DNA of 64,000 bases, taken from assembly GCA_044892525.1 (NCBI GenBank), contig CM097885.1, positions 12,774,001 to 12,838,000 on the forward strand, given 5' to 3'. A model generated the notes under the pieces. That model made no database searches. It was not told where the DNA came from and worked only from the letters and a program-made list of their open reading frames with translations. Shown here in pieces: positions 12,355 to 26,290 of this stretch (positions are counted from its first letter, which is position 1; the number at the start of each line of letters is the position of its first letter). The position numbers were made by a program, and so were the translations under genes. The DNA comes from Schmidtea polychroa (Eukaryota).

Positions 12355-13617
12355 TCACCTCTGAGAATTTTCTTCTTTATTAGATAGATGTTCTTTAATA
12401 ATATAAATGAGCCTATTATCATCGTTTTCAGGAAGTATTTCATGTGTAGGAATATCGGAATCAAGTTCATTAATTTTTATATTTAGTGCTTGTTTGTTTT
12501 CATTCGACTTAACGTCTTCATTTGAATTATAGAAATTTTCAATGCGCTTTTTAAAACAATTTACGATCGTTTCATTGGTTATATTTTCCCAAGCTCTGCT
12601 GTCCAGAGAATTGCATCCAAAATAGTAATATTTTGTAAACATTTTTCAAAATTGATTTCAGAATCTTCTTCCATCCTTTATTTTACATCAGAAAGTAAAA
12701 ACATTTTAAATTTATCTTTAAAAACTTTAATGATATCTTTGAGGTAGTATTTGAAGGAAAAAGAGCAGTACGACTTTTGAAAACTCGAAATCCTTGGGGT
12801 GTACAGGGGCATTTTTCAATATTAATAATATCTTTCTGTTTTCTTTTTTCATTTGAGAATTTATTTCTTTTAACCAATCAGAAAATATTGTAGAATTCAT
12901 CCAGCTTTTATTATATGCCTCATATAATACTGGTAGTTTGAGTGTATTTTTTCCTTTAAAACATAGAGGATTTTTGATTTCCCAATTACAAGTGGCCTAA
13001 ATTTTCCCCCAGTTTCACTTACTGCAAACAATATTGTAATTCTTTCTTTGAAAAATTTGCCATTCGATTTATATGAATTCGAAAATGCATAAGTTTCTTT
13101 CGAAGACCCGTTTCATCACAATTAAATACATTTTCATCCTTATATTGAGACAATTTGTCTTTTAAAATATTTTTAAAATTCTCCAAAATATTAACGTCAA
13201 CTAAATTTCGCCTCCCCATTTATTCTTTTAGATTTTATGTTATTTCGTCTTAGAAATAAAGATAACCACCCAGTTGAGTCCTTGAAATCTGATACGCCTA
13301 ATTTATCAGCAATTTCAAGGGCTTTAGAAGATATTGTCATGTTTCTACTTCTCAATTCTTGAAACCACCTAAATAAAATAAGATCAATATCCTCTGTCTT
13401 CCTAAGTCTTACATTTCTAATCTTGTTATCATTTTCGTTGACCTGCAGATATTCTGAGTCTACATTTAAAAGCTTGTTAAACAACCCGACAGAAATTGAA
13501 TATTTATTTGCTAAAAATCGTTTTTTTTAAACTTTTTCATTCTTCTATGACATTTGTAGAGTATTTTTGTCAGCCAAAGTTAACTTGACACAATCTTTAG
13601 CAGGATTTTCTTTTCAT
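12355..13617 (-). pseudogene. pogo/Tigger-type (CENP-B HTH + DDE_1) transposase pseudogene
   Basis: ORF pieces LFRWFQELRSRNMTIS..FKDSTGWLSLFLRRNNI (CENP-B HTH), VFNCDETGL (first catalytic Asp) and AWENITNETIVNCFKK (Tigger C-terminal motif), split by frameshifts. Confidence 0.88.
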
Positions 13618-13846
13618 GATATATAAGAGTCAATTTTATTCGTTTGATATGGTTAAATGATTATTATAATCAATAAAAAATTTAAATTCAAAAATGTCAT
13701 ATTCACGATGCAAAGTTTAAATTTTTATGAACACAAGAATAAAAATCTTTTAATCCGTATCAGAAGTTCCAAAAATTCAAACTTTGTTCACAGTATAGTG
13801 CGTTCACGATAGACAACATAGACTGTATTTCATTTTATTCAATATA

Positions 13847-14750
13847 CAGCTGGGCAATAAGTCACGACCAAAGAATTACGTGAAGTGTGATGTGAAACAA
13901 TGTAAAATCAGCGATGTGAAATATCTTTTCCTTTCCTTGTGTATAAAATACATGTTCTTTTATAGAGTAATGAAAAATTGTTTGTACGTATCAGTTATTA
14001 TAACTGTCAAATTTAATTACAATCAAAGTTTTTTAAGTTATGATTTGCCTTTAAACATTTTATTTTGATTTTCAGATATGCCTTTAACAATTTGACGAAC
14101 GAGTTGAACAAATGTTCATGTCTGGTGCTGATGGCACTACCAATCGATCTGTTGCTAAGAAATTTAATGGACTTTATACTGATCGTGAGTCCGTCTCTCA
14201 CACGACAGTTGGACGTTTGATAATGAAAGTTCGTGAAACTGGTAGTGTCCTAGACAAACGACGAAGTGGCCCTCCAAGAGTGTCTGATAAAACCCGATTA
14301 CGTGTCATTGAAAAAGTTGAGAATAGTCCAAAGAAATCATTGTGATAATCGTCAAGTGAGCTCGGTGGCGCAAGAACAACCATGTGACGTATCATCAAAG
14401 CCGAACGATTTCATCCTTATAAACTGCAACACTTGAACAAGCAATACGAAGATGACCCAGACCGACGACTTCAGATGGTTACTTGGTTTAAAGATCAGCT
14501 GATTCAAAATCCAAATTTTGTGAACCATGATGTTTTGTTCAGCGATGAAGTTAACTTCGTTGTGAACGGCCAATTCAATAAACAGAACTGTCGTTATTGT
14601 TCGCGCGAAAACCCAAGTCCAAAAGTGGTAATGTTGTGCGGACTTTGGAGGAGTCAAGACGAGGTGTACTTGAAAATGCTACAAAATGATCTCATGCCAC
14701 ATTTGGAGCGCATCACAGCAAAAGGCTTATATTGTCATTTTATTGTTTAA
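13847..14750 (+). pseudogene. Tc1/mariner-superfamily transposase pseudogene with a probable left TIR (TA-CAGCTGGGCAATAA)
   Basis: TTVGRLIMKVRETGSVLDKRRSGPPR (HTH and GRPR-like linker), HPYKLQ, LFSDEVNF (first catalytic Asp) and NKQNCRY, with stops and a truncated 3' part. Confidence 0.85.
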
Positions 14751-15373
14751 TATTATAATAATTATAATAATGTTTGCAAAGATTTTAGTAGGAAACCAGA
14801 AGATTTGGCTGGAATTGCGAATAAGATTTAAAAAAATTATTATTTCTTGAAATGATTAATTTAGTTTTTATTCATTTAAATTAATTAATTTTGAATAATT
14901 AATTGTTATTATTTAAAGTGATTGGAAAAAGAGATAACCCCAGCTTATTCTATAAGAAAATCTAGAAATCAAATATGACAACCAAACAATAGAGTTCATA
15001 ATTTCAAAAATTTTATTCTAAACCTTAGGTAATATTTTTATTATTTTTACATTTCACATACTAAATAATTAACGCATTTCCCTATAGTTATGAGTCTATT
15101 ATATTTTAATTATTTTATTTCATATTAATAAATTTTTATCGTGTAATCCAGCGTTTCACGAAAGAAAATTGTATTTCGGGAGTCCATAATATAAACTAAG
15201 GATTTCATGATAAAATATTATATATGTTTCAGTTTTAAAATTAAAAATTTTCAAAATTTACATAATTTATATTATATCTGATTTATGATTTATTATAAGA
15301 ACTTTTTTCAATTTTCATAACTGATTTCATTTCAATTGACATTGTATTTATTAAAAGGCTTGAATATGAATCA

Positions 15374-15374
15374 A

Positions 15375-15405
<31 letters not shown>

Positions 15406-15426
15406 ATATATATATATATATATATA
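15374..15426. repeat. (AATA)n followed by (TA)n microsatellite
   Basis: Read directly from the sequence. Confidence 0.9.
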
Positions 15427-18400
15427 ATTGAAAATAAAAAATAAAAAAATAAAAATCTAAAAAATTTATAATATTTTCAAATACAAATGAATAAAATGTA
15501 AATTTATAACGCAATTTCAAAAAAAAATACTAATAAATCACATTCAAATAAAATTGTTCTGTAATAAATTTAAATTAGTAATTAATTGTGATTAATAGAT
15601 CTCTCAAAAATTTCATTTTGAAAATGCTCGATATTTGGAAAATTTTCCGGCTAATAAATCAGCAAATAATTGACTTGTAGCATGATACAGATTAGCCCAG
15701 AGAGGCCTTAAAATTTATAAAAATAAATTCAAAATTCAATCTAAATTAATATTTCCAAAGCAAATATCTATAAACTGCGAAAAAATTGTAATAATAACTT
15801 ATATATTTGTCTCATTTACTCAACCCAAAAAATGGTTTGTAGATATCGAAAAGGCCGCTAATGACATAAAAATAATAAGTGTATTATTGTTTGGTCACTA
15901 GAATTACTAACAGGGCAATCATTTTTATTACTCATTTACTTACTTGGGCACTTAACTTTATTTACCATGCAATTAACTGTCATGAGTTTGTAATATATTT
16001 CATATGTAACGTATGCAACGTATTGTAATTCAAATTAATAAATTACAATTACATTACAATTATTTATTTTAAGTGATCACGTCAGTAATTTAAGGTAAAA
16101 AATAATTATCCAAAATAATAGAAATTGGAATAAATGAAATTAATATAAAATATATCTATTTGTGAAAGGCGTGTTTATATTTTATAGTTTTTAAGTGTCA
16201 AATATCAAATTTTTCAAAAGAACTGATTTCAAAATACTAAAATACTAAATAATCAAAATACTAAATTTATAATTTTAAATTTGTTAACATTTAACATTTA
16301 AAATATTAATTTGAAAATACTATTTTAAAAATATTTTACATAATTAATCCTTAAACTTAATATTTTATTTTTGAATATATACTCCGGCCAGGGTCGTAGC
16401 GTGTTCGAAGTGTGCACTTTACACAGCAGCCGGCGCCGTAGATGCCATAAATGAAAATAAATTTTAAAAAATCGAATTTACAAAAGAATTTTTTTTAATT
16501 TAAAATTTTTTAAAAACAATCATTTCTTTTATTTTATAAATGAAAAGGCGCCTCCTAAACTGAGTCTTTTCCAGGAAAATGATTTAAATTTACTGGTGCT
16601 AAACATAATAATGACTCCTTTCTAGGTAATTCTAACATACGAGATTCAAAAGGAATTAAAAAATAGATGCCAGTGAACTTCAGCATAATAATTTCACTAA
16701 GTCAATAACTGAAGAAAATCAAGAAACAAGTAGCACTGAAAATATAGAATCCAAGATGCTGCAAAAAAGTTTACGCTTTTTAAAAACCAGGGAACTGGAA
16801 CTCCTATTTTTGAAAAGGTATACAACACGATTTTCAATGAAAACGAATGCGACGATTTTGTTTCATACCAATATTATTAATGTTACATATTTTTATTGAA
16901 AAATCGAAAAACCGGATTTACAAAATTTCAGATTAATACATTTTCTTGCAAAATTTAGTAACTTTATGGTAAGTGTTAGTAGACTCCCTAAATTCTCAAT
17001 TTTCATTTTTATTACATCAACTTTCTCATTGATAATTATTTTTTTTTAAATTTTACATTGTTAATGTAAAAATATTTCAAGATATTTCATCTTTCAATAA
17101 AATTTATAATTAAATTTTGTAATGATTATTTATTAAAATTAACTTCAGAATTTTCATCATGAATTACTTTAGAAATTTTACGGAAAAACATTACATATTT
17201 AATAATAAAATAAAATTACATAATATTTTTTTATTTAAAAAATTAATCTCCGAAATGAATAAATTTTTAAAATTAAAATCAATAAAATTCACAATTTTCG
17301 ATAATTTTTTCGTAAAAAACATTCATGTTTTGTTTCAAATTTTCAGAAATATCTGGAATAAAAATAAAAAAAAATTATTGTTAATATTGAATAATTAAAA
17401 TTAAATCTAAAATTTCTAAAATTTCTAAAAACAGATCATGCGCCATTTTATTGTTTAAATAATTGATTTAAATAAATATTTTTCAAATATTTGATTATAT
17501 AGGAATTTTGTTGGCGTGTTTAATTATTTTCTATCCATTTGTCTAAGAAATAATCACTGATTAGTATAATAAATTTTGTTTTATAATGAGTTTTAATAAA
17601 CTTTGGTTAACTTTGTTGGATTATTTTCATAGTTATATAGTGTTGATGAGAAATAACCTGTAGTACCCAGTAGAGTCACCTCTAAAAAAACAGCTGGTAT
17701 GATCGTATATGGTACATCAAATAATAACAATAATATTGATTAACACAACTTTTATTTAATTAAAATAAACTGTTTACATACCCATTTTCTTAAATTCATA
17801 ATTTATAATATTTTGTAATCCACAATTTTGCTTCCACAATCTAATTTTCAACTTTTCATTTCGTTTATTTGTAATTTTTTATAGTGATAATTTACTATAG
17901 TGAATTACACTATATAGTTTTTTTTTATTTTTTTAATATTTTGAACTTAATGATAACAAAAATAACAACACGCTACAAATTGTAGTTACAATTACATATA
18001 AAATGATAATAATAAAAATAACAATACACTACAGTTATAAACAATATAGTTATAGAAAATATGTCTTGTTTAAATGATGAAAATGATTTGTAAAAGATTT
18101 GTATTTAAATATATTATAAAGTCAGACCAATGAATAAATATTGCAATAATTTAAACAATTTGCAAATACATCCGGTTTTCTTCCAAATCTTTCTTTCATT
18201 AGGAACAATGAAAAAAAGTAAACCTAAAACTCATCACAAAATTTATTAATATTGACAAAAATATTTAATTTCATTTTGTTCTTTTATTTGCATGCTTGAT
18301 GTTTTATTTTTGTGAAATTTGATTATCTGTTATTTATACTATTTTTATATTTTTTGATTTTTGAAATATAAATATTTTGAATGAAATCAAATTCTGGAGA

Positions 18401-20754
18401 ATCTGAGTTTAAGTTTGAATTAATTTTTATTATTTTTAAAAATTAAAATAAGTGAAAAAATCATTTAATTTTCTAAATGCTCTTCTAGTGGAGACTCTTT
18501 GATACCCCATTGAATTTATTATAAAAGTGCTTTATGTAAGTCACATTAATTATTGCAAAATCCCGTGGTTGTTATGGTAACACTTAATGTAGGTCAGTTT
18601 AATATCAAAGGTTTGCCATATTCAAGGCCATATTCAATTAAAATAGAGTAGATAAATATAAAATTAAATAGGTCAAAATAAATTTTCAAACTTAAAGACT
18701 GTCAAATCTGTCCAATGAATTTAATAATAATATCTAGGTTAAATGAAAAGTACGCCATTTTCCTTTAAATGTTTAGAGAAATTTCGATTATAAATTTCAT
18801 AAATATAAAAAATAATCTAAATTTAAAATTACATTAATTAATCACACAAAATATCAAAAAGTGAGTCCCTGTTACGGTGGAAAAAACCATAATCTAAGTG
18901 ACGATATTTAAATTGTTATATTGTTTAAATATTCGGATTTTATATTAAATATATATTTGAAAATAGCGTGTTAGTTTTAATGATTATTAATGAAAATGTT
19001 ACTATCTATATGTAAATAAATTCCACAAAAACTATTTAAATCGAAATTTAGCAACGTTTGATTTATATAAAATAAATAGTTATTTTATCAAATTATTTTA
19101 TACAATAAAACTTTCATTTTTAATTCGTTTATTATTGAAACTTGTAAATCTTTTGTTTGTCGAAAAGTATTGAAATATATTAGTTTAAAACAAAAACAAT
19201 ATAGAAATAAACAGTATCAGTAAAACAAATTAGACAAATTAGACAAATGAATCTTAAATCAGATGAACCAGCGATGGAAAAATGCTTAAATATATAAAGC
19301 AAGAAACATAATTGCCACTTCAATAAACAACAGCAGATTTCCATCGGGTCTTATGTTAATGAACAAATAGCATGACAGATGTTCAGCAAATTTTTCCTTT
19401 TTTTTTATCAGCACTTGTTAATTAAACGGTTTTTCAGTGATTTTCCCCAAGATTTGTAATTACTAATTATGCCAAGGTCGTCAATTCGATAATTAAATTC
19501 TCCTGATCAAGTTATAAGCTGAATTAATTTCTTCAACATCTCCCGATTCCCAAGGAGGTTTAGTGAATCTTTGGTTTTTAATTTCTAAATATATTATTAA
19601 ATCTCTAGTTGATTGTATTTTTTTATATATTTCGGATTTTCATTTCAACAATAAATCTTTTATTATTTGTCAATTGATATTTTGTTTAAATTGATATATA
19701 ATCTAAAAGGAAATGAAGATGTAGCATAATAATATACTTTATATACTGATAAAAAAATGTTTTCTAAGAATTTATTTTTCAGTCGAATATAAATCGTTAT
19801 AAAAGGATATATATATTTTTCTCAATTTTCACCACTGATTTCTTTTCAATTGACACTGTATTTATTAAATAAATTCACTATGAATCAGTAATGATATCGA
19901 TCTTTTTTGATATTCACGAATTTTCGGAATAGTATTTTTCAATTGATTTTGATCATAATCTATGTTGAGTTATTGATTAGATAAATATTAAAGTTGGTGT
20001 TCTGTAAAAACAATTAAATAAACAACATTCTACATATATTTGTAATCAAATTCGTATAATCTAAAATTTACAAAACTCTGAATATCGCAAAAAAATGCCT
20101 ATTCTGACTTTTCAATAAGTCTCGATGTAACCGCTTTGGTTCTGCTCGTTCTTCAGCAATAATCATCTGTTTTCTTTAATACTGTGACGTAACTTGATTC
20201 TTATATTTTCCTTTCGGTAAATTTTATCTTCTGATTTTAATTTTCCTACTTGTCGTCTCGCTTTGACAATCTTTGCTCGCTGCCCTTTTCATCTTTTCTT
20301 TTTCAAAAGAAATGATTAATTGTCCCCACGTGCGTCTCCTTGTGATAATCTTTTTCCCATTTTCCCATTACTCATTCTGTCATTTACATCTGATCATTTT
20401 TCAAATTTTAATTCGCTGATTTCTTGATTTTGACTTTTCAATATTCTATTTTTAATTATTTGGAAATTTTAAATATAAGAACATCAACACATATATATGT
20501 ATGCATATTTTAGCAAGCATGAGATGATAATTAAATAGGGGTCATTGATACCCAAACATTTCATAAATATTTTATCTTTCTAGGTGTCAAACTTTCCATA
20601 ATTTAAATTGAAACTTATTTATGTGTTACTTTTTAATATTTATTATTATTATTTTATTAAAAATTTTAACATCCTTTTGAAATGAAAACGAAAGTTTTTT
20701 TAAGAGCCTTCTTTTATTACTTTAATTTTTTCTTCATCCATTTTTACTCTATTA

Positions 20755-21125
20755 TTGCTAATTATATGTGCCAAAGTCTTTATTGGGGTTTGAAAAACTA
20801 ATATTTAGACTGACTGGTCTTAAATCTCACTTGTTCTATTTTCTTTAAAACACTTTCGATATTTTTGTAGTACTTTTTTTAATTCTCTTGAAAATATAAG
20901 AATATCGTCCAAATACATCAAAAAAGCTCAAAACTAGTCTAGTCTCACCCAATACCGCATTCAATAATATTTGAAACGATGCTGAAGCTGTTTCTATCCC
21001 AAAAGCCAATCTATTAAAGCAATGCTATTTAATCTTAGTATAAAAATCTGTCTTTATCCTTGATTCTTTACTTAATAATATGCAAACCTATGATTGATCT
21101 GAGTCATTTTGCTCATCTAAGTGTA
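20755..21125 (-). pseudogene. Ty3/Gypsy reverse transcriptase remnant
   Basis: Minus strand gives ESRIKTDF, FNRLAFGIETASASFQ (cf. MPFGLxNAPATFQ), MYLDDILI (~20919-20896) and LAHIIS, in RT order and heavily broken. Confidence 0.75.
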
Positions 21126-21570
21126 TTCAATCACTCTTTTGTATTAAGGATTGGAAATTTTGATATTGTTTATAGAAATTTCGCGTGAGTGTGACATACA
21201 AATTTTTGCTTATTGCAAATTCAAACAAATTTTATTTCAATGCAAGTTAGAATTTGAAAAATTCAATTTTGTCATCTATCTTTGATATTAATATATAGAT
21301 GATAAGGACATTAATTAATTTTTTAGAAACCCCTCAAAAACTTATAATTTTATTTATTTAAATCAGTAATATTGTATACTTACCTGGCGCGCAGAGAAAT
21401 CTTCACGTTTCCTGCATAGTACTGATGAGTGCTAAAAACTCAAAACTAGTCTACTATTGGGATTTGCACTGGGTATCACAAAGTTTGTAATGTTTATATT
21501 ATTTTAATGTTAGACATCCGTAAAAAATATTTTACACCATTACAAGTTAAATATTATTGTTATTATATAA

Positions 21571-22739
21571 CAACGGTGGGCAAATGCGGCTCTTAGAGCC
21601 GCATGCGGCTCTTCGTTGAGTAAACTGCGGCTCATTGATAATTGAATTTAAAAACTTTTTAGAAGAATTAAGATTAAATGATGAAACAGATGAATTGCCC
21701 AATGATGTCTCCTTATGGTGTATTGTTAGATGGCTGTCAACTTACAATGTTTTGGACTGTTTTGTGGAACTCCTAAATCCTATCATAATATTTACCAAAG
21801 AAAAAGGAATAGCATACCCAGAATTAGAAAATGAAACTTGGCTTTCTGACTTAATGTTCCTTACAGACATTATGGAACATTTGCAAATATTAAATTTGGC
21901 TTTACAAGGAAAAGAAAAGATAATTATTGATTTGTCACAAACGTTATTTAGTTTTGAAGCTAAACTTCGGCTTTTTGTGAACGATCTTAGGTCGAAAATA
22001 TTTAATCATTTTCCACGAATAAAAGCTAATAAAATTGATATCACAGAAGAAAAAGTAAACGAATACAGTGAAAAATTGGAAGAATTGCAAGCGGATTTCA
22101 AATGTAGGTTTGAAGATTTGAAAAGTTTTAAATCTACATTTGCATTTTTTGTGAACCCATTTATTTGTGATATTATTGAAGATGGATTTAATTTCTGAAG
22201 TAATACTTGTTAAAAAAGCGGTTGGGGAATTGGAGTTATTAGATATGAAAGAGGACCAGGCTTTGCAAATGCACCATAAAGTTACTTCTATAATTGAATT
22301 TTGGAAACTCGTACCAGAGGCAAAATATCCACACTTAAAACAAGCTGCTTGCCGTCTAATTTCAATTTTTGGTACAACATATTGTTGTGAATCTTTGTAC
22401 TCCACAATGAAGTTCGTGAAATCGAAATATCGTTCACAGTTGACCAATCAGCATCTTACAGAATTGCTGCGAACAGCTTTAACAAAGTATACACCAAATT
22501 TCAAAGATTTGACCAAAAGTCTTCGTTAATTCAAGAAATTTTATTACTTTTTATTAATGGATTTTTATTATAATTTATGTTTGTTACTTAAATTTTGAAA
22601 TAATTGTTTTTAATAGCGTTTAAGTCTTTTTTAATCAAATTAATGAAATAAAAAAAAATATGTAGTTCACTATGGTGGCTCTTTAAAAAATAAATTTTCG
22701 GAAAATGTCTCTCATTGAACTCATGCGTGCCCACCCTTG
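21571..22739 (+). mobile_element. hAT (Buster/SPIN/GTF2IRD2-like) internally deleted DNA transposon
   Basis: TIRs CAACGGTGGGCA / TGCCCACCCTTG (11/12 match), 8-bp TSD TTATATAA (21563-21570 and 22740-22747), subterminal GCGGCTC repeats. Confidence 0.93.
21635..22529 (+). pseudogene. C-terminal half of a hAT transposase, frameshifted near 22190
   Basis: CIVRWLS, LNLALQG and dimerisation-domain FGTTYCCESLYSTMKFVKSKYRSQLT across two overlapping ORFs (21635-22198, 22167-22529). The N-terminus is missing. Confidence 0.9.
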
Positions 22740-22919
22740 TTATATAATATTGATTTTAAAAATATTGATTTTAAATTTATTCAATTTATACCAGAAGTTC
22801 TGTGGTTGACACATTTTCATATTAATTCTTCAAGTACCAAAAGTTAATAAATGTTTCTATATTAATTTCACAAAAAATAATATTTTTCTTTTAATTAAAA
22901 AATTAAATTCAGAATTTTA

Positions 22920-24115
22920 GGTAATACTTAAGTTTTGGGGGGGGGCTGAATTCAATTTTCCAATTACAATTAATTGATAAATATATCAAATCAGTAATAT
23001 TGACAGGAATTGTATTTTTAATAGTATTAAATAGTACATGAAACATTTAAAAGTACATTTAAACATAAAACACAATCCGGAATAATTTTAACTAAAGTAC
23101 GACTTTAACACATCAACAAATAAGGTAAATTGATCAAGCAAATGAACACTTCTAACACTTCGATTGTACATAAACGTACCGAGATATTCAAAAAGATGCT
23201 CCCTTTTTACTGGGCTGGGCAGAAAGGTTTTCAGAGACCTCCACGCACGTTCAATTGTTTGAGTATGAATAGACCGATCAACTGGATCAACAAAATAATA
23301 TTTGTGATTTACTGTGAAATGGACATATCCAAGTTCGTTCAAATGCCAGTACCCACGCCACATATCCGTTATAATCCGTGTACCCGGACGAATATTGTTG
23401 CGTATTATATCTTCTAAATTTTCACGGTTTCGACAAACAGTTAATTTCAAGAATACCTCGCCGGTTTCTCTGCAAATACCGCCTACTATCCACACCGACT
23501 GCATTGCTAATACCCGGCCAACATTATATTTCCTTTTTATTAGATGAGTTTCATTAATTTCAACAGTATATCCTTCACCGCCGATCAAATTCAATCTGTT
23601 GTCCATAATTTTAAGCGTTGCCGCTCTTCTGAAAATTTTGAACCATGAAATTGCGGTTAGTTCACTTATATGGCACTGAATCAACGCGAATCCAACACGA
23701 AAATTATGGGTGAAGAAATATGATAGTTGAAGCAATTGGGCGATTGAAATGTGAATACCATCAAAAATGGAATTCAGGAAGATGCTTCGTGACTGACGAC
23801 ACATTCTCCTTCCACATCGGAAGCGTCCATCTACTCCGTGGCGAGTTTTCCCCTTTTCAAAATTCATATTTGCGCCACAAATGTAACATGGTCTCTGAGC
23901 AATACTCAGCAATCCAAGCTCTATGGGTAATCCGAAAGCTTTTTCTGGAGAGGAGGTTTTTTCACCCAATTCGAAGATATTCATGGTTTTTTTTCTTTTT
24001 TCATGCTTTATTTCTTTTGGTTGTTAATGATTCAATATATTTGTATCAATATATTTATCAATTAATTGTAATTGGCAAATTGAATTCAGCCCCCCCCCAA
24101 AACTTAAGTATTACC
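22920..24115 (-). mobile_element. Full-length Merlin (IS1595/IS1016-like) DNA transposon, 1196 bp
   Basis: ~66-bp near-perfect TIRs (GGTAATACTTAAGTTTTGGGGGGGG... / ...AAAACTTAAGTATTACC), 8-bp TSD GAATTTTA (22912-22919 and 24116-24123), single transposase ORF. Confidence 0.95.
23088..23984 (-). CDS. Merlin/ISXO2-like transposase, 298 aa; the first catalytic Asp appears replaced by Asn
   Basis: Zinc ribbon CYIC..C..C, GGEGYTVEINETH (normally VEIDE), RKYNVGR, WIVGGICRET, IITDMWRGY, VNH..FVDP, HTQTIERAW. Confidence 0.92.
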   Translation of the reverse strand: MNIFELGEKTSSPEKAFGLPIELGLLSIAQRPCYICGANMNFEKGKTRHGVDGRFRCGRRMCRQSRSIFLNSIFDGIHISIAQLLQLSYFFTHNFRVGFALIQCHISELTAISWFKIFRRAATLKIMDNRLNLIGGEGYTVEINETHLIKRKYNVGRVLAMQSVWIVGGICRETGEVFLKLTVCRNRENLEDIIRNNIRPGTRIITDMWRGYWHLNELGYVHFTVNHKYYFVDPVDRSIHTQTIERAWRSLKTFLPSPVKREHLFEYLGTFMYNRSVRSVHLLDQFTLFVDVLKSYFS

Positions 24116-25118
24116 GAATTTTATTAAATCAGCTCAATTAATGTAAATTAATGGTTTTAAATAAATTGAATTTGTTTTGTATTATTACATATTCTGCAAC
24201 ATAGACAAATTTGTATGTAAATATTCATAAATAAGATTTTGAAATTTTACATTATAATTTTATAAACCATTTACTTTTATTTCTATTTCTAAAATTTGTT
24301 AATTTCCCAAATACAACATACAAAAAGAATATTTTTCAATTAAATCTTTAAATATATCTTTTAAAAAATTCCAAAACATTTTTATTAATTGCAAAGTTTG
24401 GGGATTCCGTTAGATTTTTTTAGGTAATAAATAGTAAATAAATAATCGAAATTAAAACAAGATATTTTCCCAAATAATTTATGTTAACAAACTGACAAAT
24501 GGATTTACATAAATTTTTAAATCAACAAATAAAAATAATTCGTATTCTTTATTGAATTTTACAAAATTAAAATTGAAAATCGATTAAAAAGTTTAAATTT
24601 TAAAATTCATCAATTATAAAAATGTTTTAACATGAATTTATGGAAGAATTTAATCAATAATTTCGATTTCCAATTTTCCCATTATTTGATTGGTCAGCAT
24701 TTTGAAATATTTCAATCAATCAGATATTATCGATTAAATAGTGCTACAAAAATTAAATGCAAATAATTTGATCTTTCATTCATTTTCCGTCATAGATTGA
24801 AATTATGATAAAATTTGATGTTGGAAACTTGACAGATGAATTCGTAAAAATGTCTTGATCCCTAAAGTTGCAACAATAAATTATTTTTAAAAATAAAATT
24901 TAATGAATAATGTTCCACAAACTAATTAAGATGTAATTGATTAATCTATACTTTAAATAATATTTACTGGAAACATTCGAATAATGCAGAATTATATTTA
25001 GAAAAATTTTAAAAAAAACTTTGAAAATTTAATGTTTTGAAATATTTCAAGTCTCGTTTTTCGAGGGTTGCATATATAAAAATAATAAGTACATACAAGT
25101 AGGTAGATAGTGGCGTAC

Positions 25119-25159
25119 GGGAACAATTACCCCCCGGGGGGGGGGGGTAAATTGTTCCC
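25119..25159. other. Subterminal hairpin GGGAACAATTA-Cn-Gn-TAAATTGTTCCC (mirror copy at ~61370-61407)
   Basis: Inverted repeat read directly, about 21 bp inside the terminus. Confidence 0.8.
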
Positions 25160-25229
25160 AACTTTTTATTACGCCATTGTTCCCAACTCATTTTTTTGCT
25201 TTCAGGGATTTTTGGTCCAAATTTTTTTT

Positions 25230-26290
25230 TATTAGACTATAGCGAGGGGGTCCTAGGATTTTCAATACAAAAAAAATTTTTTTAATAGAAAAGGTGGTCT
25301 CAATAAAAAAGCATGGAATTTTCACACTATAGTGATGGGGTCTCTATGGTCCTGGGATTTTCAATACAAAAAAATTTTTTCAATACAAAAACGATGGTCC
25401 TGGGATATACAATACAAAAATCCGACTACCAATAAAAAAGCGTGGATTTTTCACACTATAGTGAGGGGGTCTCGATGGTCCTGAGATTTTCATTACAAAA
25501 TCCGACTACCACTAAAAAAGCATGGAATTTTCACACTATAGTGAGGGGGTCTCGATGGTCCTGGGATTTTCAATACAAAAATCCGACTACCAGTAAAAAA
25601 AGCATGGTAATTTAAGGTCTCAGGATATTTTCAATACAAAAAGGTGGTCTTCAATAAAAAAGCATGGTAATTTAAAGTCTCAGGATATTTTCAATACAAA
25701 AATCCGACTATCACTAAAAAAGCATGGATTTTTCGAATTAAATTAAGGTGGGTCTCTTTGGTCCTGAGAAAAAGGTGGTCTACACTAAAAAACGTGGTAA
25801 ATTTTTCAATTAAAGTAAATTATGGTCAAAATTTTTGAATTACAGTAAATTATGGCTCAAATTTTTGAATTACAGTAAATAATGGTTCTTAAAAATTAAA
25901 TTAAAGTAAATAATGGTCCAAATTTATAAATTAAAGTAAATTATGGTTCTAAAAATTAAATTAAAGTAAATTATGGTTCTAAAAATTAAATTAAAGTAAA
26001 TAATGGTCCAAATTTTTGAATTACAGTAAATAATGGTCCAAATTTTTAAATTAAAGTAAATTATGGTCCTAAAAAATTAAATTAAAGTAAATAATGGTTC
26101 TAAAAAATTAAATTACAGTAAATTATGGCTCAAATTTTAAAATTAAAGTAAATTAAGGTTCTAAAAATTAAATTAAAGTAAATAATGGTCCAAATTTTAA
26201 AATTAAGTAATCAATGGTAAAAAAAATTTAAAATAAGTAAATTAAAGTAATAATTTTTAAATGAGTAAATTAAAGTAAATTAAAGTATGA
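25230..26290. repeat. Subterminal minisatellites: ~79-bp CACTATAGTG-containing units, then ~31-bp TAAATTAAAGTAAATTATGG units
   Basis: Imperfect tandem repeats with copy-number variation against the mirror block (~59870-61295) and against ~1390-2325. Confidence 0.85.

Noticed and set aside
15600..15950. Possible small exons on the minus strand
   Set aside because: No consistent spliced frame or recognisable protein.
17660..18510. Possible MITE bounded by degenerate inverted repeats (AGAGTCACCTCTA / TAGTGGAGACTCT)
   Set aside because: The match is weak and no TSD could be defined.
18740..18890. PIF1/Helitron helicase-like fragment (H..QGLTF, MAY) on the minus strand
   Set aside because: Too short and degraded to support a call.
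23130..24127. Plus-strand ORFs overlapping the Merlin element, and the minus-strand ORF 21944-22447 over the hAT
   Set aside because: These are antisense shadows of the transposase reading frames.
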